In this document: piece after piece, positions 17,093 through 26,098 of the stretch
Numbering within the stretch: position 1 is the first letter of the stretch
Layout of the letters: every line of letters starts with the position of its first letter
NCBI GenBank assembly: GCA_001805105.1
Contig: MHEE01000012.1
Location: 25,590-89,589, forward strand
Source of the DNA: Nitrospirae bacterium GWF2_44_13
Lineage (GTDB): Bacteria; Nitrospirota; Thermodesulfovibrionia; Thermodesulfovibrionales; UBA1546
Length of the DNA: 64,000 nt
Direction: 5' to 3'
Notes under the pieces: generated by a model
Database searches by the model: none
What the model was told of the DNA's origin: nothing
The model's input: only the letters and a program-made list of their open reading frames with translations
Translations under genes and position numbers: made by a program

Positions 17093-19437
17093 AAGAATAT
17101 TTACGCAGGATAACAAAGAGCCTTGCATTCAGGATTTTCATTTCGATATTTGCAATAGTATTAATATCAGGGCTTGTCCTTTATGTATTCATACTCCGCT
17201 CGGTGTCAGGCTTTGCGGATGAATATATAAAGGGAAATATCGCAGACATATCCGGCGATGTATATAAAATATGCGATAAAAGCCTGAATGACCTTTTAAT
17301 GACACGCTCATCAGAAAATGAGAAACTTGTAAGGCTCAAGAAGGGCCTGACAATAGGCGAGATAGAAAGCTATATGGCAGCGAATGATCTTAAGGGCGGT
17401 ATCATAGAAGATGAAAAGGAAATACTGAGAATCGGCGACTTCAAGACGGAATTTTTACAAACAATAGAAGATACAAAAGAACATACAGTCTCAACCTTAA
17501 AATATGCCGGAGAGAGATATTATGCAATACATTCGCATTTTGAGCCGTGGGGCTGGCATCTGATATTGATAAAAGATGCGGCTGCCTATTCCGGACTGAT
17601 ACATAGGGTGAAGCGTGCATACGCATCAGCAGCCATTATGTTTTTAGTAGTGATTTTCTTCTCCATCTACTTACTCAACAGATATATCAGATACCCTGTA
17701 AGCACAATTATAAAATCCATCAGGAAGAGTGAAAAGCCTGAATACAAGGGCATCTATGAATTTGAATTTCTCAGCGACAACATCAGCCATCTTATAGATT
17801 CCCTTCAACATGAAACAAAGATGCTCAATAACCTTTACTACATAGCAGTGTCAAAAAAAGGCGAGGATTTTTTTGATGAGGTCGTAATGGCTATTGGCAG
17901 GATGTATAACCTGAATTCCTTCATAGCAAGGGTCAGCCCTGATGGAGAAGTCGCAGAGGTTGTATCATTGTATCTAAATGGAGAGATGAAAAAAGGCATG
18001 AACATTTCTCTTAAGGGCACGCCCTGTGAGGGGGTTGTGACTAAGAAGCAAATGTGCGTTATTGAAAGAGACGCTTATAAACAGTTCCCTAATGCGGACC
18101 TCCTGTCATCAATAAAGGCTGACTCTTACATAGGCCTTGCTGTGTTTAATAGAAAAAATGATGTGGCGGGGCTGCTGAGTGCCTTTGGCAAACAAAAAGA
18201 ATTTTTAGAGTCAGACATAAAGGTCTTACAGTCCATAGGACAGATGGTTGCGGCAGAACTTGAGCGATTAAGCGAAGAAGAAGAAAAAGAAGCATTAAAA
18301 GAACAGCTTTTTCAGGCGCAGAAGCTTGAGGCGATAGGGACACTTGCAGGCGGTGTCGCCCATGACTTCAACAACATGCTTCAGGGAATCCTCGGATATG
18401 CGGCATACCTTAAGATGAAGGTTCCGGTTGAGGACCCTATGCATGAGCCGCTCACTGTAATAGAACATTCCGCAGAAAGGGCGGCAGACTTAACAAAGAA
18501 GCTCCTCGGTTTTGCCAGAAAGGGCAAATATCTCATTGGACCTATGAACCTGAATGCAATTGTGGAAAATATAGTGGCAATCACGGCAAGGACCTTTGAC
18601 AGGAAAATAAAAACAGAGACAACCCTTGCGCCAGATATCTATACAATAGAAGGCGACAAGAGCCAGCTTGAACATGTAATCCTGAATATATGCCTCAATT
18701 CAAGGGACGCAATGCCTGAAGGAGGAATCCTGAGTATTGAAACATTCAACGCCGAGATAACGAAAGAAACAAAACCGCACAGTTATATGAAGGAAGGGAA
18801 ATATGTCGTCCTAAAGGTCCTTGACACAGGCACAGGCATGGATGAAGAAACCCAGAAACGCGTCTTTGAGCCGTTTTTCACAACAAAGGAAGTGGGCAAA
18901 GGCACCGGCATGGGGCTTCCGATGGCTTATGGGGTTGTGAAGAACCACAACGGGTTTATAACAGTTGACAGCGCGCCCGGCAAAGGTTCAACTTTTACAA
19001 TATATCTTCCGGCAACTGAGAAAAAGGCTGAAAAAGAGACAGCAGTTTTAAAACCGCTCCATAAGGGAAAGGGAACCATACTTGTTATTGATGATGAAGA
19101 GATTATAAGAAATGTTGCAAGGGATATATTACACGAGCTTGGCTATGATACAATTCTTGCTTCAAGCGGCAAAGAAGGCGTTAAGATTTATGCCGATAAA
19201 AAAGATTTTATAGACCTCGTTATTCTGGATATGATTATGCCGGAAATGGAAGGCAAAGAAACATTCAAGAAGCTGAAAGAAATAAATCCGGACGTGAAGA
19301 TACTCATTTCGTCAGGTTACAATCAGGACAGCCTTCCGGAACAGGTTATGGACAGTGGCGAGGCAGGTTTTATCCAGAAACCATATAACATAAATGAGAT
19401 TGCTGAGATAATTAAAGAGGTTCTTTATACTGCCTGA
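17089..19437 (+). CDS. hybrid sensor histidine kinase / response regulator
   Basis: Two TM segments around a periplasmic domain, a GAF-like region, H-box GGVAHDFNNML, an ATPase N box and G boxes (GTGMGL), and a C-terminal receiver (LVIDDEE...DLVILDMIMPEM). ATGA overlap with the upstream binding protein. Confidence 0.88.
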   Translation: MKEYLRRITKSLAFRIFISIFAIVLISGLVLYVFILRSVSGFADEYIKGNIADISGDVYKICDKSLNDLLMTRSSENEKLVRLKKGLTIGEIESYMAANDLKGGIIEDEKEILRIGDFKTEFLQTIEDTKEHTVSTLKYAGERYYAIHSHFEPWGWHLILIKDAAAYSGLIHRVKRAYASAAIMFLVVIFFSIYLLNRYIRYPVSTIIKSIRKSEKPEYKGIYEFEFLSDNISHLIDSLQHETKMLNNLYYIAVSKKGEDFFDEVVMAIGRMYNLNSFIARVSPDGEVAEVVSLYLNGEMKKGMNISLKGTPCEGVVTKKQMCVIERDAYKQFPNADLLSSIKADSYIGLAVFNRKNDVAGLLSAFGKQKEFLESDIKVLQSIGQMVAAELERLSEEEEKEALKEQLFQAQKLEAIGTLAGGVAHDFNNMLQGILGYAAYLKMKVPVEDPMHEPLTVIEHSAERAADLTKKLLGFARKGKYLIGPMNLNAIVENIVAITARTFDRKIKTETTLAPDIYTIEGDKSQLEHVILNICLNSRDAMPEGGILSIETFNAEITKETKPHSYMKEGKYVVLKVLDTGTGMDEETQKRVFEPFFTTKEVGKGTGMGLPMAYGVVKNHNGFITVDSAPGKGSTFTIYLPATEKKAEKETAVLKPLHKGKGTILVIDDEEIIRNVARDILHELGYDTILASSGKEGVKIYADKKDFIDLVILDMIMPEMEGKETFKKLKEINPDVKILISSGYNQDSLPEQVMDSGEAGFIQKPYNINEIAEIIKEVLYTA

Positions 19438-19625
19438 ACCGCCAATATGGCTGATGAGCCTTTTAAGCGGCATCAGAGAATTTTTGGCAACAAATCTCGG
19501 CGAAGTGAAAGATAAGCAATTTCAACTGTTTGAGCCTGAAGGGTGAGTTTTGAAATTGCCTGTAACGAGTTATAGATTTGTCAAAAAGTCTCTGCAGAAA
19601 GCGAAAAGGTTCATAGCCATCTTTG

Positions 19626-20459
19626 CTATTTCAGCAAGCACCCCTTACATTTGTCATCTCCCCGCTTTGAACTGCACAAGCCTGAAATCCCGTAATGGCA
19701 CATTGCAAAATCATATTTAAGCGGGTCCTCGGAATCAAGTTTCTTTAATGCGCTTGTTATCTCCACAGCCATTTTCCAATCCTGAGATTTGCGTTTTGTA
19801 AAGCCGAGGCATCTTGAAATCCTTGCTATGTGCGTGTCCACAGGGATAATGAGCTTGTTTTCAGGTATGCCCTTCCAGATGCCAAAATCAATGTCTTTAT
19901 TCCTTATCATCCACCGCAGAAAAAGATTCATCCTCTTGCATGCGCTTCCTTTTGAAGGTGAAGGAAAGAATTGGAGCAAACCACCCGGCTTTAAATTTTT
20001 CCCGTAAATATCGGATGTGTCTGTCTTAAGGCTGTAATCTATAAAGCCTGTCAGGGCCTTGCCTGTGTCAGAATCGGTTTTTTTATAAAAACTTTTAAAA
20101 ACATTTTCTATGGATTTATGACTTCTCAGCAGATGACTGATGATATGAAGAAGGCAGATGATGTCCTTATTCTCGTTAAACCTGTATTTTATCCCTGAAA
20201 ACAACCTACCGTCTTTTTTTGCTTTAAACTCCATGAGAAAATCATTTGGACTGCCTCGCATTGCCGAAAGGATTTTTTCTATTACAGGCTTGAATAAACC
20301 AACTTTTCCATAGGCAAAACACGAAGATATAAAGCCCGCAATTTCTATGTCTTCGCGCCTTTTATATCTGTGAGGAAATTCAATGGGGTCATGAAGTATC
20401 CTTTCTTTAAAATCGTATTCGCCATAAAACTTATCAAGAACTTGTTTAACCGACAACAT
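19626..20459 (-). CDS. DUF2400 / TIGR02757 family protein
   Basis: SACKRMNLFLRWMIR, IPVDTHIARI and DPLKYDFA motifs match my recollection of the DUF2400 family. 14-nt overlap with the upstream tatD-rSAM gene. Confidence 0.65.
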   Translation of the reverse strand: MLSVKQVLDKFYGEYDFKERILHDPIEFPHRYKRREDIEIAGFISSCFAYGKVGLFKPVIEKILSAMRGSPNDFLMEFKAKKDGRLFSGIKYRFNENKDIICLLHIISHLLRSHKSIENVFKSFYKKTDSDTGKALTGFIDYSLKTDTSDIYGKNLKPGGLLQFFPSPSKGSACKRMNLFLRWMIRNKDIDFGIWKGIPENKLIIPVDTHIARISRCLGFTKRKSQDWKMAVEITSALKKLDSEDPLKYDFAMCHYGISGLCSSKRGDDKCKGCLLK

Positions 20460-21924
20460 CCAGCTTCCTTACCCTGAGCTTAACGCCTAATTCATCCGCT
20501 ATCTTCCTGCACTTCTCAACATCAACGCCTTCCATTTCTACAACAGTAGCCTGAACATCAGGAATATATTTTTTTGATTCTTTTATGAATGCTAGGACCT
20601 CATGAAACGCATTCTTAAAATCAGGCGCGCATATCCTGTCGTAAACCTTCTCATCCTGTGCATCAAGGCTGACAGAGATGACATCCACGAAACCTTTTAA
20701 TTCAGGAAGTATGTTCCGGCGGTTTATAATATTGCCGTGCCCGTTTGTATTAATCCTGACCCTGCCGCCTCTTTCTTTTATCCACCGGGCAATATTTTTA
20801 ACTATTTCAAACCTGAGAAACGGCTCGCCGTAACCGCAGAAAACAATCTCTTTATATTGAACAGGGTCGCCTATTGCCGCCTTAAGTTCTTCCTCAGTAG
20901 GTTCAGAAGAAAGCCTGAGGTTATGCCCCTTCACATAGTCGCTATGAAACCTCACACAGAACGAGCACTTGTTTGTGCATCTGTTCGTTATATTGAGATA
21001 AAGGCTGTCTCGTATCTTATAGGTTATCTCCCCCTGCTGAATGGACTTTCCTATCCTGAAAAGCCGCCTTGCATTGAGTGTCGTAATCCTTGCGATATCT
21101 TCAAGGCTTACCCCCCTCGTCTCAGCTATTTTTTCAGCGGTATTGACCATAAAAGCAGGTTCATTCCTTCTGCCCCTGAATGGTTCAGGCGTGAGATATG
21201 GAGCGTCAGTCTCTATGAGGAGATAATCATCAGGAATCACCTCTGCTGTCTCACGTAATTTGCCTGCATTCTTAAATGTCACCGGCCCCGCTATGGATAT
21301 GTAAAGCCCCATCTCCATAGCCTTTTCCGCCATATCCATGTCTCCTGAGAAGCAGTGCAGAACTCCCCTGTTTATCCCTGAATCTCCGAGTATTTCAAGC
21401 GTATCTTTTTTTGCCTCCCTGCTGTGTATGATTACCGGCAGTGCAAGTTCTTTTGCAAGAAGCAGCTGCTTTTTAAAAACCTCTTTCTGAATATCTCTTG
21501 GTGAGTTATCGTAATGATAATCAAGTCCTGTTTCGCCGATTGCAACAACCTTGGGAAGCGAAGATGCATGATGCATGATGCATGATGCATGGTTTTTTAA
21601 TTCTGTATCCTGTATCCTGTATTTAGTTCCCCATGCCTTTATCTGTTCGTATATTTCCTCTGTAAAATCCTTTGCATCATGAGGATGTATGCCGACTGAC
21701 GAGTAAATGAAATCATATTTTTCAGAAAGCCTTAGGCTCCCGCTATTGCCTTTCATATCAGAGCCGACTGTAATAACAGCTTCTATGCCTGCGTCCCTTG
21801 CCCTTTGGATAACTTTATCCCTGTCCTCATCAAATTCGGTCATCTCGATATGACAATGGGTGTCAATGAAAGTGACGAGTGGCGGCTGTTTTTTACGCAC
21901 CGAATTTTTTGAGACGCAATGCAT
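20446..21924 (-). CDS. TatD-family metal hydrolase fused to a TatD-associated radical SAM domain
   Basis: N-terminal TatD motifs (IDTHCH, GETGLDYHY, HSREA, ETDAPYL). The C-terminal roughly 200 aa carry CTNKCSFC (CxxxCxxC) and a GYGEP glycine motif. In-frame repeat insert [20 protein letters not shown]. Confidence 0.85.
   Translation of the reverse strand: MHCVSKNSVRKKQPPLVTFIDTHCHIEMTEFDEDRDKVIQRARDAGIEAVITVGSDMKGNSGSLRLSEKYDFIYSSVGIHPHDAKDFTEEIYEQIKAWGTKYRIQDTELKNHASCIMHHASSLPKVVAIGETGLDYHYDNSPRDIQKEVFKKQLLLAKELALPVIIHSREAKKDTLEILGDSGINRGVLHCFSGDMDMAEKAMEMGLYISIAGPVTFKNAGKLRETAEVIPDDYLLIETDAPYLTPEPFRGRRNEPAFMVNTAEKIAETRGVSLEDIARITTLNARRLFRIGKSIQQGEITYKIRDSLYLNITNRCTNKCSFCVRFHSDYVKGHNLRLSSEPTEEELKAAIGDPVQYKEIVFCGYGEPFLRFEIVKNIARWIKERGGRVRINTNGHGNIINRRNILPELKGFVDVISVSLDAQDEKVYDRICAPDFKNAFHEVLAFIKESKKYIPDVQATVVEMEGVDVEKCRKIADELGVKLRVRKLDVVG
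21563..21620. repeat. paired heptamer-array element (GATGCAT / ATCCTGT family) inside tatD-rSAM
   Basis: (GATGCAT)x4, spacer GGTTTTTTA, then ATTCTGT ATCCTGT ATCCTGT. Confidence 0.8.
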
Positions 21925-23101
21925 TTGCGAGCGCTAATGGCATGAGATTAACTGTGGAGAATATTCCGAGTTCTCCTTTGGTGCACTCCCTCTCTGAAAA
22001 AGAATTGCAGAGCCCACCAAAAACATAAGCGGAACTGAGGAGCACAGGCACAGGATGCCAGCTATGGCCTTTAAGCAAAGATGGTGTTGAATGGTCGCCT
22101 GTAATGATTAAGACCTCCGGCTCCAGCGCAAGGATTCCCGGCAGGATGTGGTCAAATCTTTCAATCTCCGCCGCCTTCTCTTTGAAATTGCCGTCCTCTC
22201 CGTATGAATCCACCTTCTTTATATGGACAAAAAAGAAGTTATATTTTTTATAATTCTGCTTCAGGAAATCTATCTCTTCTTTTACGCCTCCTGTTACAAC
22301 AGGGGCGTCCATGCCGATGAGTTTTGCAAGCCCCCTGTACATCGGATAAGTTGCAATTGCAACTGATTTAAGTCCGTACACTTCCTCAAAATGCGGAATA
22401 TCAGGCGCCTGAGAAAAGCCTCTGAGCAGGATAAAATTTGCGGTATCCTGATTTTTGATGATTTCTGTCACTGCCTTTATCAGTTTTTCTATTATCTTCG
22501 CAGCCTTTTCTGCCTGCGGACACATCGGTGTAACTTGGACCGGAGCTTCCCCCTCTTTCTGAGGGTCTGTATCCATAATATCCGCTGCGCCCTTTTCCAG
22601 CGGTTCAGGAAATCTCAAAACAACGGCAAACCTGTGTTCCATTCCCTGAGCAAAAATCACCTCTGCGTTTTCAATCTTCCTTATTTTCTTTTGCAGCCCC
22701 TCTGTAATCTTCAGGCTTTTCTCCGTCGGTATCCTGCCGGCGCGCCTGTCTTTAATAACGCCCTTTTCAATTGTTGCATAATTGCACCTGACAGCTATAT
22801 CGGTCTTTTTTAATTCTATGCCAAGCCCGAGAGCCTCAAGCACACCTCTTCCTATCTGCCATTTTATTGTGTCATAACCAAAGAGCGCTAAATGTCCGGG
22901 GCCGCTTCCCGGAGTTATGCCGAAAGACACGGGCGTATGCAGTCCGCACGCTGAATTCTTTGCAAGCATATCAAGATTCGGAATGTCAGCAACTTCCAGT
23001 TCGCTCTTGCCGTGCATCGGAAGCCCTCCGAGGCCGTCAAGAACAACCATCACTATCTTTGAATCATTTTTCTGGATAATACTTTTAACGATGTCCTGCA
23101 T
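21893..23101 (-). CDS. apgM: 2,3-bisphosphoglycerate-independent phosphoglycerate mutase, archaeal/ApgM type
   Basis: Alkaline-phosphatase-superfamily metal motifs (VLDGLGG, TGDHSTP) and a 402-aa length typical of ApgM. Confidence 0.85.
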   Translation of the reverse strand: MQDIVKSIIQKNDSKIVMVVLDGLGGLPMHGKSELEVADIPNLDMLAKNSACGLHTPVSFGITPGSGPGHLALFGYDTIKWQIGRGVLEALGLGIELKKTDIAVRCNYATIEKGVIKDRRAGRIPTEKSLKITEGLQKKIRKIENAEVIFAQGMEHRFAVVLRFPEPLEKGAADIMDTDPQKEGEAPVQVTPMCPQAEKAAKIIEKLIKAVTEIIKNQDTANFILLRGFSQAPDIPHFEEVYGLKSVAIATYPMYRGLAKLIGMDAPVVTGGVKEEIDFLKQNYKKYNFFFVHIKKVDSYGEDGNFKEKAAEIERFDHILPGILALEPEVLIITGDHSTPSLLKGHSWHPVPVLLSSAYVFGGLCNSFSERECTKGELGIFSTVNLMPLALANALRLKKFGA

Positions 23102-23218
23102 AAAATCCTCTGCTTTCTAAAACACTTTTCTCCCCTGAATGACAGCTATAGTAAAATATTACTTTAAAGGAGATTCTGTTTGCAAGCTGAGGCCGTTGTC
23201 TTCTCCTAACGTAAAAAT

Positions 23219-23854
23219 TCATTTATTAATAAGTTTCTTTAGCGCTAAGCCCGATTTCTCCACAATATCACTATGCAGGCTTCTTCCGTGTGCATCCATC
23301 GTCACTATCGCAGGAAAATTCTCCACCTCCAGCAGCCACATCGCCTCAGGAACACCAAACTCTTCGAGCTTCCAGACATCAACAACCCTTTTTACCCTGT
23401 CAGCAAGATACGCTGCTGCGCCCCCGATGGTATGGAAATATACACAGCCATTTTTTTTCATTGCATCCAGAGTGCGCTCGCACATGCCGCCCTTTCCCAT
23501 AATGCCCCTGATTCCGTACGAAGATATTATCCTGTGCTCATACGTCTCAACCCTTATGCTTGTCGTAGGCCCCGACGCAATAATCTTATAGCCGCTATCA
23601 GATTTTTTGACTATAGGCCCGCAATGATAGAAAACCGTCCCGCTGAGATTAAAAGGAATATCCTTCTTTGACGGCCTCTCGTAGAAGAGAAACTTATGTA
23701 TCTTATCCCTGCCGGTTACTATCATGCCGTTTATTAAAACCACATCGCCGACATTAAGTCCCGTGACATCTTTTTTCGATAATGGCAGATTTATTATCTT
23801 TGCTTTTTTACCTGAAACCTGTGACCCGAAACCTGTAACCTGTTTTTCTACCAT
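23219..23854 (-). CDS. class I (Fe-S) fumarate hydratase, beta subunit
   Basis: GPTTS and MGKGG motifs. I chose the ATG at 23854 because GAGGAAGG lies 6-7 nt upstream and the overlap with the alpha subunit is small. The longest ORF starts at 23887. Confidence 0.88.
   Translation of the reverse strand: MVEKQVTGFGSQVSGKKAKIINLPLSKKDVTGLNVGDVVLINGMIVTGRDKIHKFLFYERPSKKDIPFNLSGTVFYHCGPIVKKSDSGYKIIASGPTTSIRVETYEHRIISSYGIRGIMGKGGMCERTLDAMKKNGCVYFHTIGGAAAYLADRVKRVVDVWKLEEFGVPEAMWLLEVENFPAIVTMDAHGRSLHSDIVEKSGLALKKLINK
23810..23844. repeat. heptanucleotide tandem array, ACCYGWR family, 5 units, at the 5' end of the fumarase beta gene
   Basis: ACCTGAA ACCTGTG ACCCGAA ACCTGTA ACCTGTT, which encodes QVTGFGSQVSG. 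Confidence 0.65.
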
Positions 23855-24693
23855 ATCAGCCTTCCTCTTCTGTTGGCCCAGCAGCATACAGATATATCCA
23901 CAAAGTAAGATGCAGGATGGCGGTGGTTAACGCCTATCTTTACCCCGAGAGCAGTTGTTTTTCCTCCAAAACCAATAGGGCCTATGCCGAGGGTGTTTAT
24001 TTCCTTCAGCAGTCTTTTTTCAAGCTTAAAAAGAACCTCAATATTATTCGTATCAGTCAGCCTTCTCATAAGCTGTTCCTTTGCAAGACGAGTAACCTGA
24101 TCCTTTGCCACACCTATTCCAACTCCGATGGTATATGGCGGACATCCCCTGCCCTGTGCCCTATAAACCGCATCAAGAACGCATTTTCTTACGCCGTCAA
24201 GGTCTCTGTCTGCCTTCAATTCTTCTTTGGGAAGCTTGTATGTCTGTCCCACATTTTCACAGCCTGAGCCTTTAAGCATTAGGTCTATTGAAAGTGTGCT
24301 GTCAGGCACTTCCCTGAAATAGATTACGGGAAATCCCATGCCTGTATTGTCCCCTGTATTTTTATCCGTGATTATATCAACGGCATTCGGCCTTAACGGG
24401 ACTTTTTCAGTTGCAATGCGGGTTGCCTCTATGATTGTCTTTTCAAGTTCAATCTGGCTTAGGCCTATCGGGGTTTTAACATAAAAAACAGGCACGCCTG
24501 TATCCTGACAAATAGGCCTTGCAGTCTCTCTTGCAATGCGTATATTTTCAAGGATTATCTCAAGAGCATGCCTTGCATTTGAACCTTTCTTTTCAGAAAC
24601 ACACGCTGCCTTAAGCGCATCCTCAACATCAGGAGGCAATGATGTTGCGACTTTTCTGTAAAGCTCTACTATCCCGTCACGAAGTTTCAGCAT
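23848..24693 (-). CDS. class I (Fe-S) fumarate hydratase, alpha subunit
   Basis: CQDTGVPVFYV motif and Fe-S cysteines. Paired with the beta subunit immediately downstream. Confidence 0.9.
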   Translation of the reverse strand: MLKLRDGIVELYRKVATSLPPDVEDALKAACVSEKKGSNARHALEIILENIRIARETARPICQDTGVPVFYVKTPIGLSQIELEKTIIEATRIATEKVPLRPNAVDIITDKNTGDNTGMGFPVIYFREVPDSTLSIDLMLKGSGCENVGQTYKLPKEELKADRDLDGVRKCVLDAVYRAQGRGCPPYTIGVGIGVAKDQVTRLAKEQLMRRLTDTNNIEVLFKLEKRLLKEINTLGIGPIGFGGKTTALGVKIGVNHRHPASYFVDISVCCWANRRGRLIW

Positions 24694-24769
24694 ATTAGAA
24701 GTATATCATTTATCAGTATGAATTAGGCAATTGAGGAACAGATTTAGGAGCTGCGGATGGATTTGAGAT

Positions 24770-24798
24770 CAGGTTTCCGTGCAAAGCACGGAAACCTG
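24770..24798 (-). terminator. perfect 13-bp stem-loop downstream of the lipoprotein gene
   Basis: CAGGTTTCCGTGC-AAA-GCACGGAAACCTG, 9 nt after the stop at 24807. No clear U-tract. Confidence 0.45.
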
Positions 24799-24806
24799 AA
24801 TACGTT

Positions 24807-25418
24807 TTACTTTTTAGGTGTTTCTTTCTTGGGTTCTTCTTTCTTGGGTTCTTCTTTCTTGGAAAGGCCTGCAATCGCATCCTTGTTCACGTCAATCTTA
24901 TATGACTTCTTAAGATTTTCAACGTAACCGTCAAAAACTTCCTTCTGTTTCTGTGCGGTCAGCCGCTGGGCCAGCATATCCCTTATCTTCTCAAACTCAA
25001 TTGTCTTGCCCTGCACCACGAAATCAGTCTTGTTCTTTTCATAGAAGTCCCTTATGTCTTTATCGGACAGCTTTGCCTTATCCTCTATCTCCTTTTCAAG
25101 AAGCGCACTTATGAGAATCAGCTTCTGGGAATCTGCAACTTTTTTAAGATATGTGGCATCCCTGTCAAGCCCTTTCTTCTTAGCTTCCTGATAGAGAAGC
25201 TCTTTTTTGATGAGTTCATCAATCAGCCTCGCTATTCCTTCCTCACCCTCAAACATCTTCTGCGCAAACGGCGGAAGGGCTTCAATCTCCTTCTTGAGGT
25301 CTTCCTTTGTTATGGTAACGCCGTTTATCTTTACAAGATACTGTCCTTTCTGTTCTTCTTTCTTTGCGCAGCCAAAGACAAGAAAAACAGTTAATACAAA
25401 AAATGCAATCTTTTTCAT
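24807..25418 (-). CDS. SurA N-terminal-domain-like chaperone lipoprotein
   Basis: Lipobox LVFGC, then a helical chaperone-like region. The C-terminal (KKEEP)n tail is encoded by a 15-bp tandem repeat. Confidence 0.6.
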   Translation of the reverse strand: MKKIAFFVLTVFLVFGCAKKEEQKGQYLVKINGVTITKEDLKKEIEALPPFAQKMFEGEEGIARLIDELIKKELLYQEAKKKGLDRDATYLKKVADSQKLILISALLEKEIEDKAKLSDKDIRDFYEKNKTDFVVQGKTIEFEKIRDMLAQRLTAQKQKEVFDGYVENLKKSYKIDVNKDAIAGLSKKEEPKKEEPKKETPKK

Positions 25419-25440
25419 TTGCTCCTCCGTTCTTTTAGTA

Positions 25441-25497
25441 TTCAGTGTCAGCAGTTAGTGTCAGTAAAAAACTGACACGGACACTAATCACTGGCAC
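25441..25497. repeat. inverted heptamer-array element, CAGTGTC/GACACTG family (intergenic)
   Basis: TTCAGTGTCAGCAGTTAGTGTCAG, spacer TAAAAAA, then CTGACACGGACACTAATCACTGGCAC. Same family as 3317-3389. Confidence 0.65.
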
Positions 25498-25498
25498 T

Positions 25499-26086
25499 CT
25501 AATAATGTTTCTTTAGTTCAAGCAAAACCTGCTTGGCAACACCTTTCAGCGTCTCGAAAACCCCTACGCCGGTAGGCGCCACTCCCTCAAACCACTGCAC
25601 GCCGTTTACGTTGAGAAGTTTATTCATCTCTTCGACAGGGGCCACACGAGGAAGGTCTCTCTTGTTGTATTGCACTGCGTATGGCAGCTTTTCTACGGCA
25701 TAGCCCTGCTCCGCAAGATTTATCCTGAGATCATCCAAGCTCTCCATGTTAGCCTCCATCCTCTCTATCTGCGAATCGGCAACGAATATGACCCCATCCA
25801 CGCCCTTAAGAATTAATTTTCTGCTTGCCGCATAGAAGACCTGCCCCGGAACTGTATACAGATGGAACCTAACCTTGAACCCTCTTATGTCGCCAAGCGC
25901 CAGGGGAAGAAAGTCAAAGAACAGAGTTCTCTCACTCTCCGTAGCCAAAGATATAAGCTTGCCCTTCTGTTCAGGGTTTGTCTTCTTGTATATGAATTGA
26001 AGGTTTGTGGTCTTTCCACAAAGCCCCGGGCCGTAATATACAATTTTGCAATTGATTTCTCTGGAAGAATAATTTATAAAAGACAC
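25499..26086 (-). CDS. mglA: Ras-like small GTPase MglA
   Basis: Starts MSFINYSSREINCKIVYYGPGLCGKTTNL and contains LYTVPGQ and NKRD. It is near-colinear with Myxococcus MglA as I remember it. Confidence 0.93.
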   Translation of the reverse strand: MSFINYSSREINCKIVYYGPGLCGKTTNLQFIYKKTNPEQKGKLISLATESERTLFFDFLPLALGDIRGFKVRFHLYTVPGQVFYAASRKLILKGVDGVIFVADSQIERMEANMESLDDLRINLAEQGYAVEKLPYAVQYNKRDLPRVAPVEEMNKLLNVNGVQWFEGVAPTGVGVFETLKGVAKQVLLELKKHY

Positions 26087-26098
26087 TTATCGTTACAC

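Noticed and set aside
24821-24862. 15-bp tandem repeat x3 (GGTTCTTCTTTCTTG)
   Set aside because: It simply encodes the (KKEEP)n C-terminal tail of the lipoprotein. It is an in-frame multiple of 3 with no link to the heptamer families.
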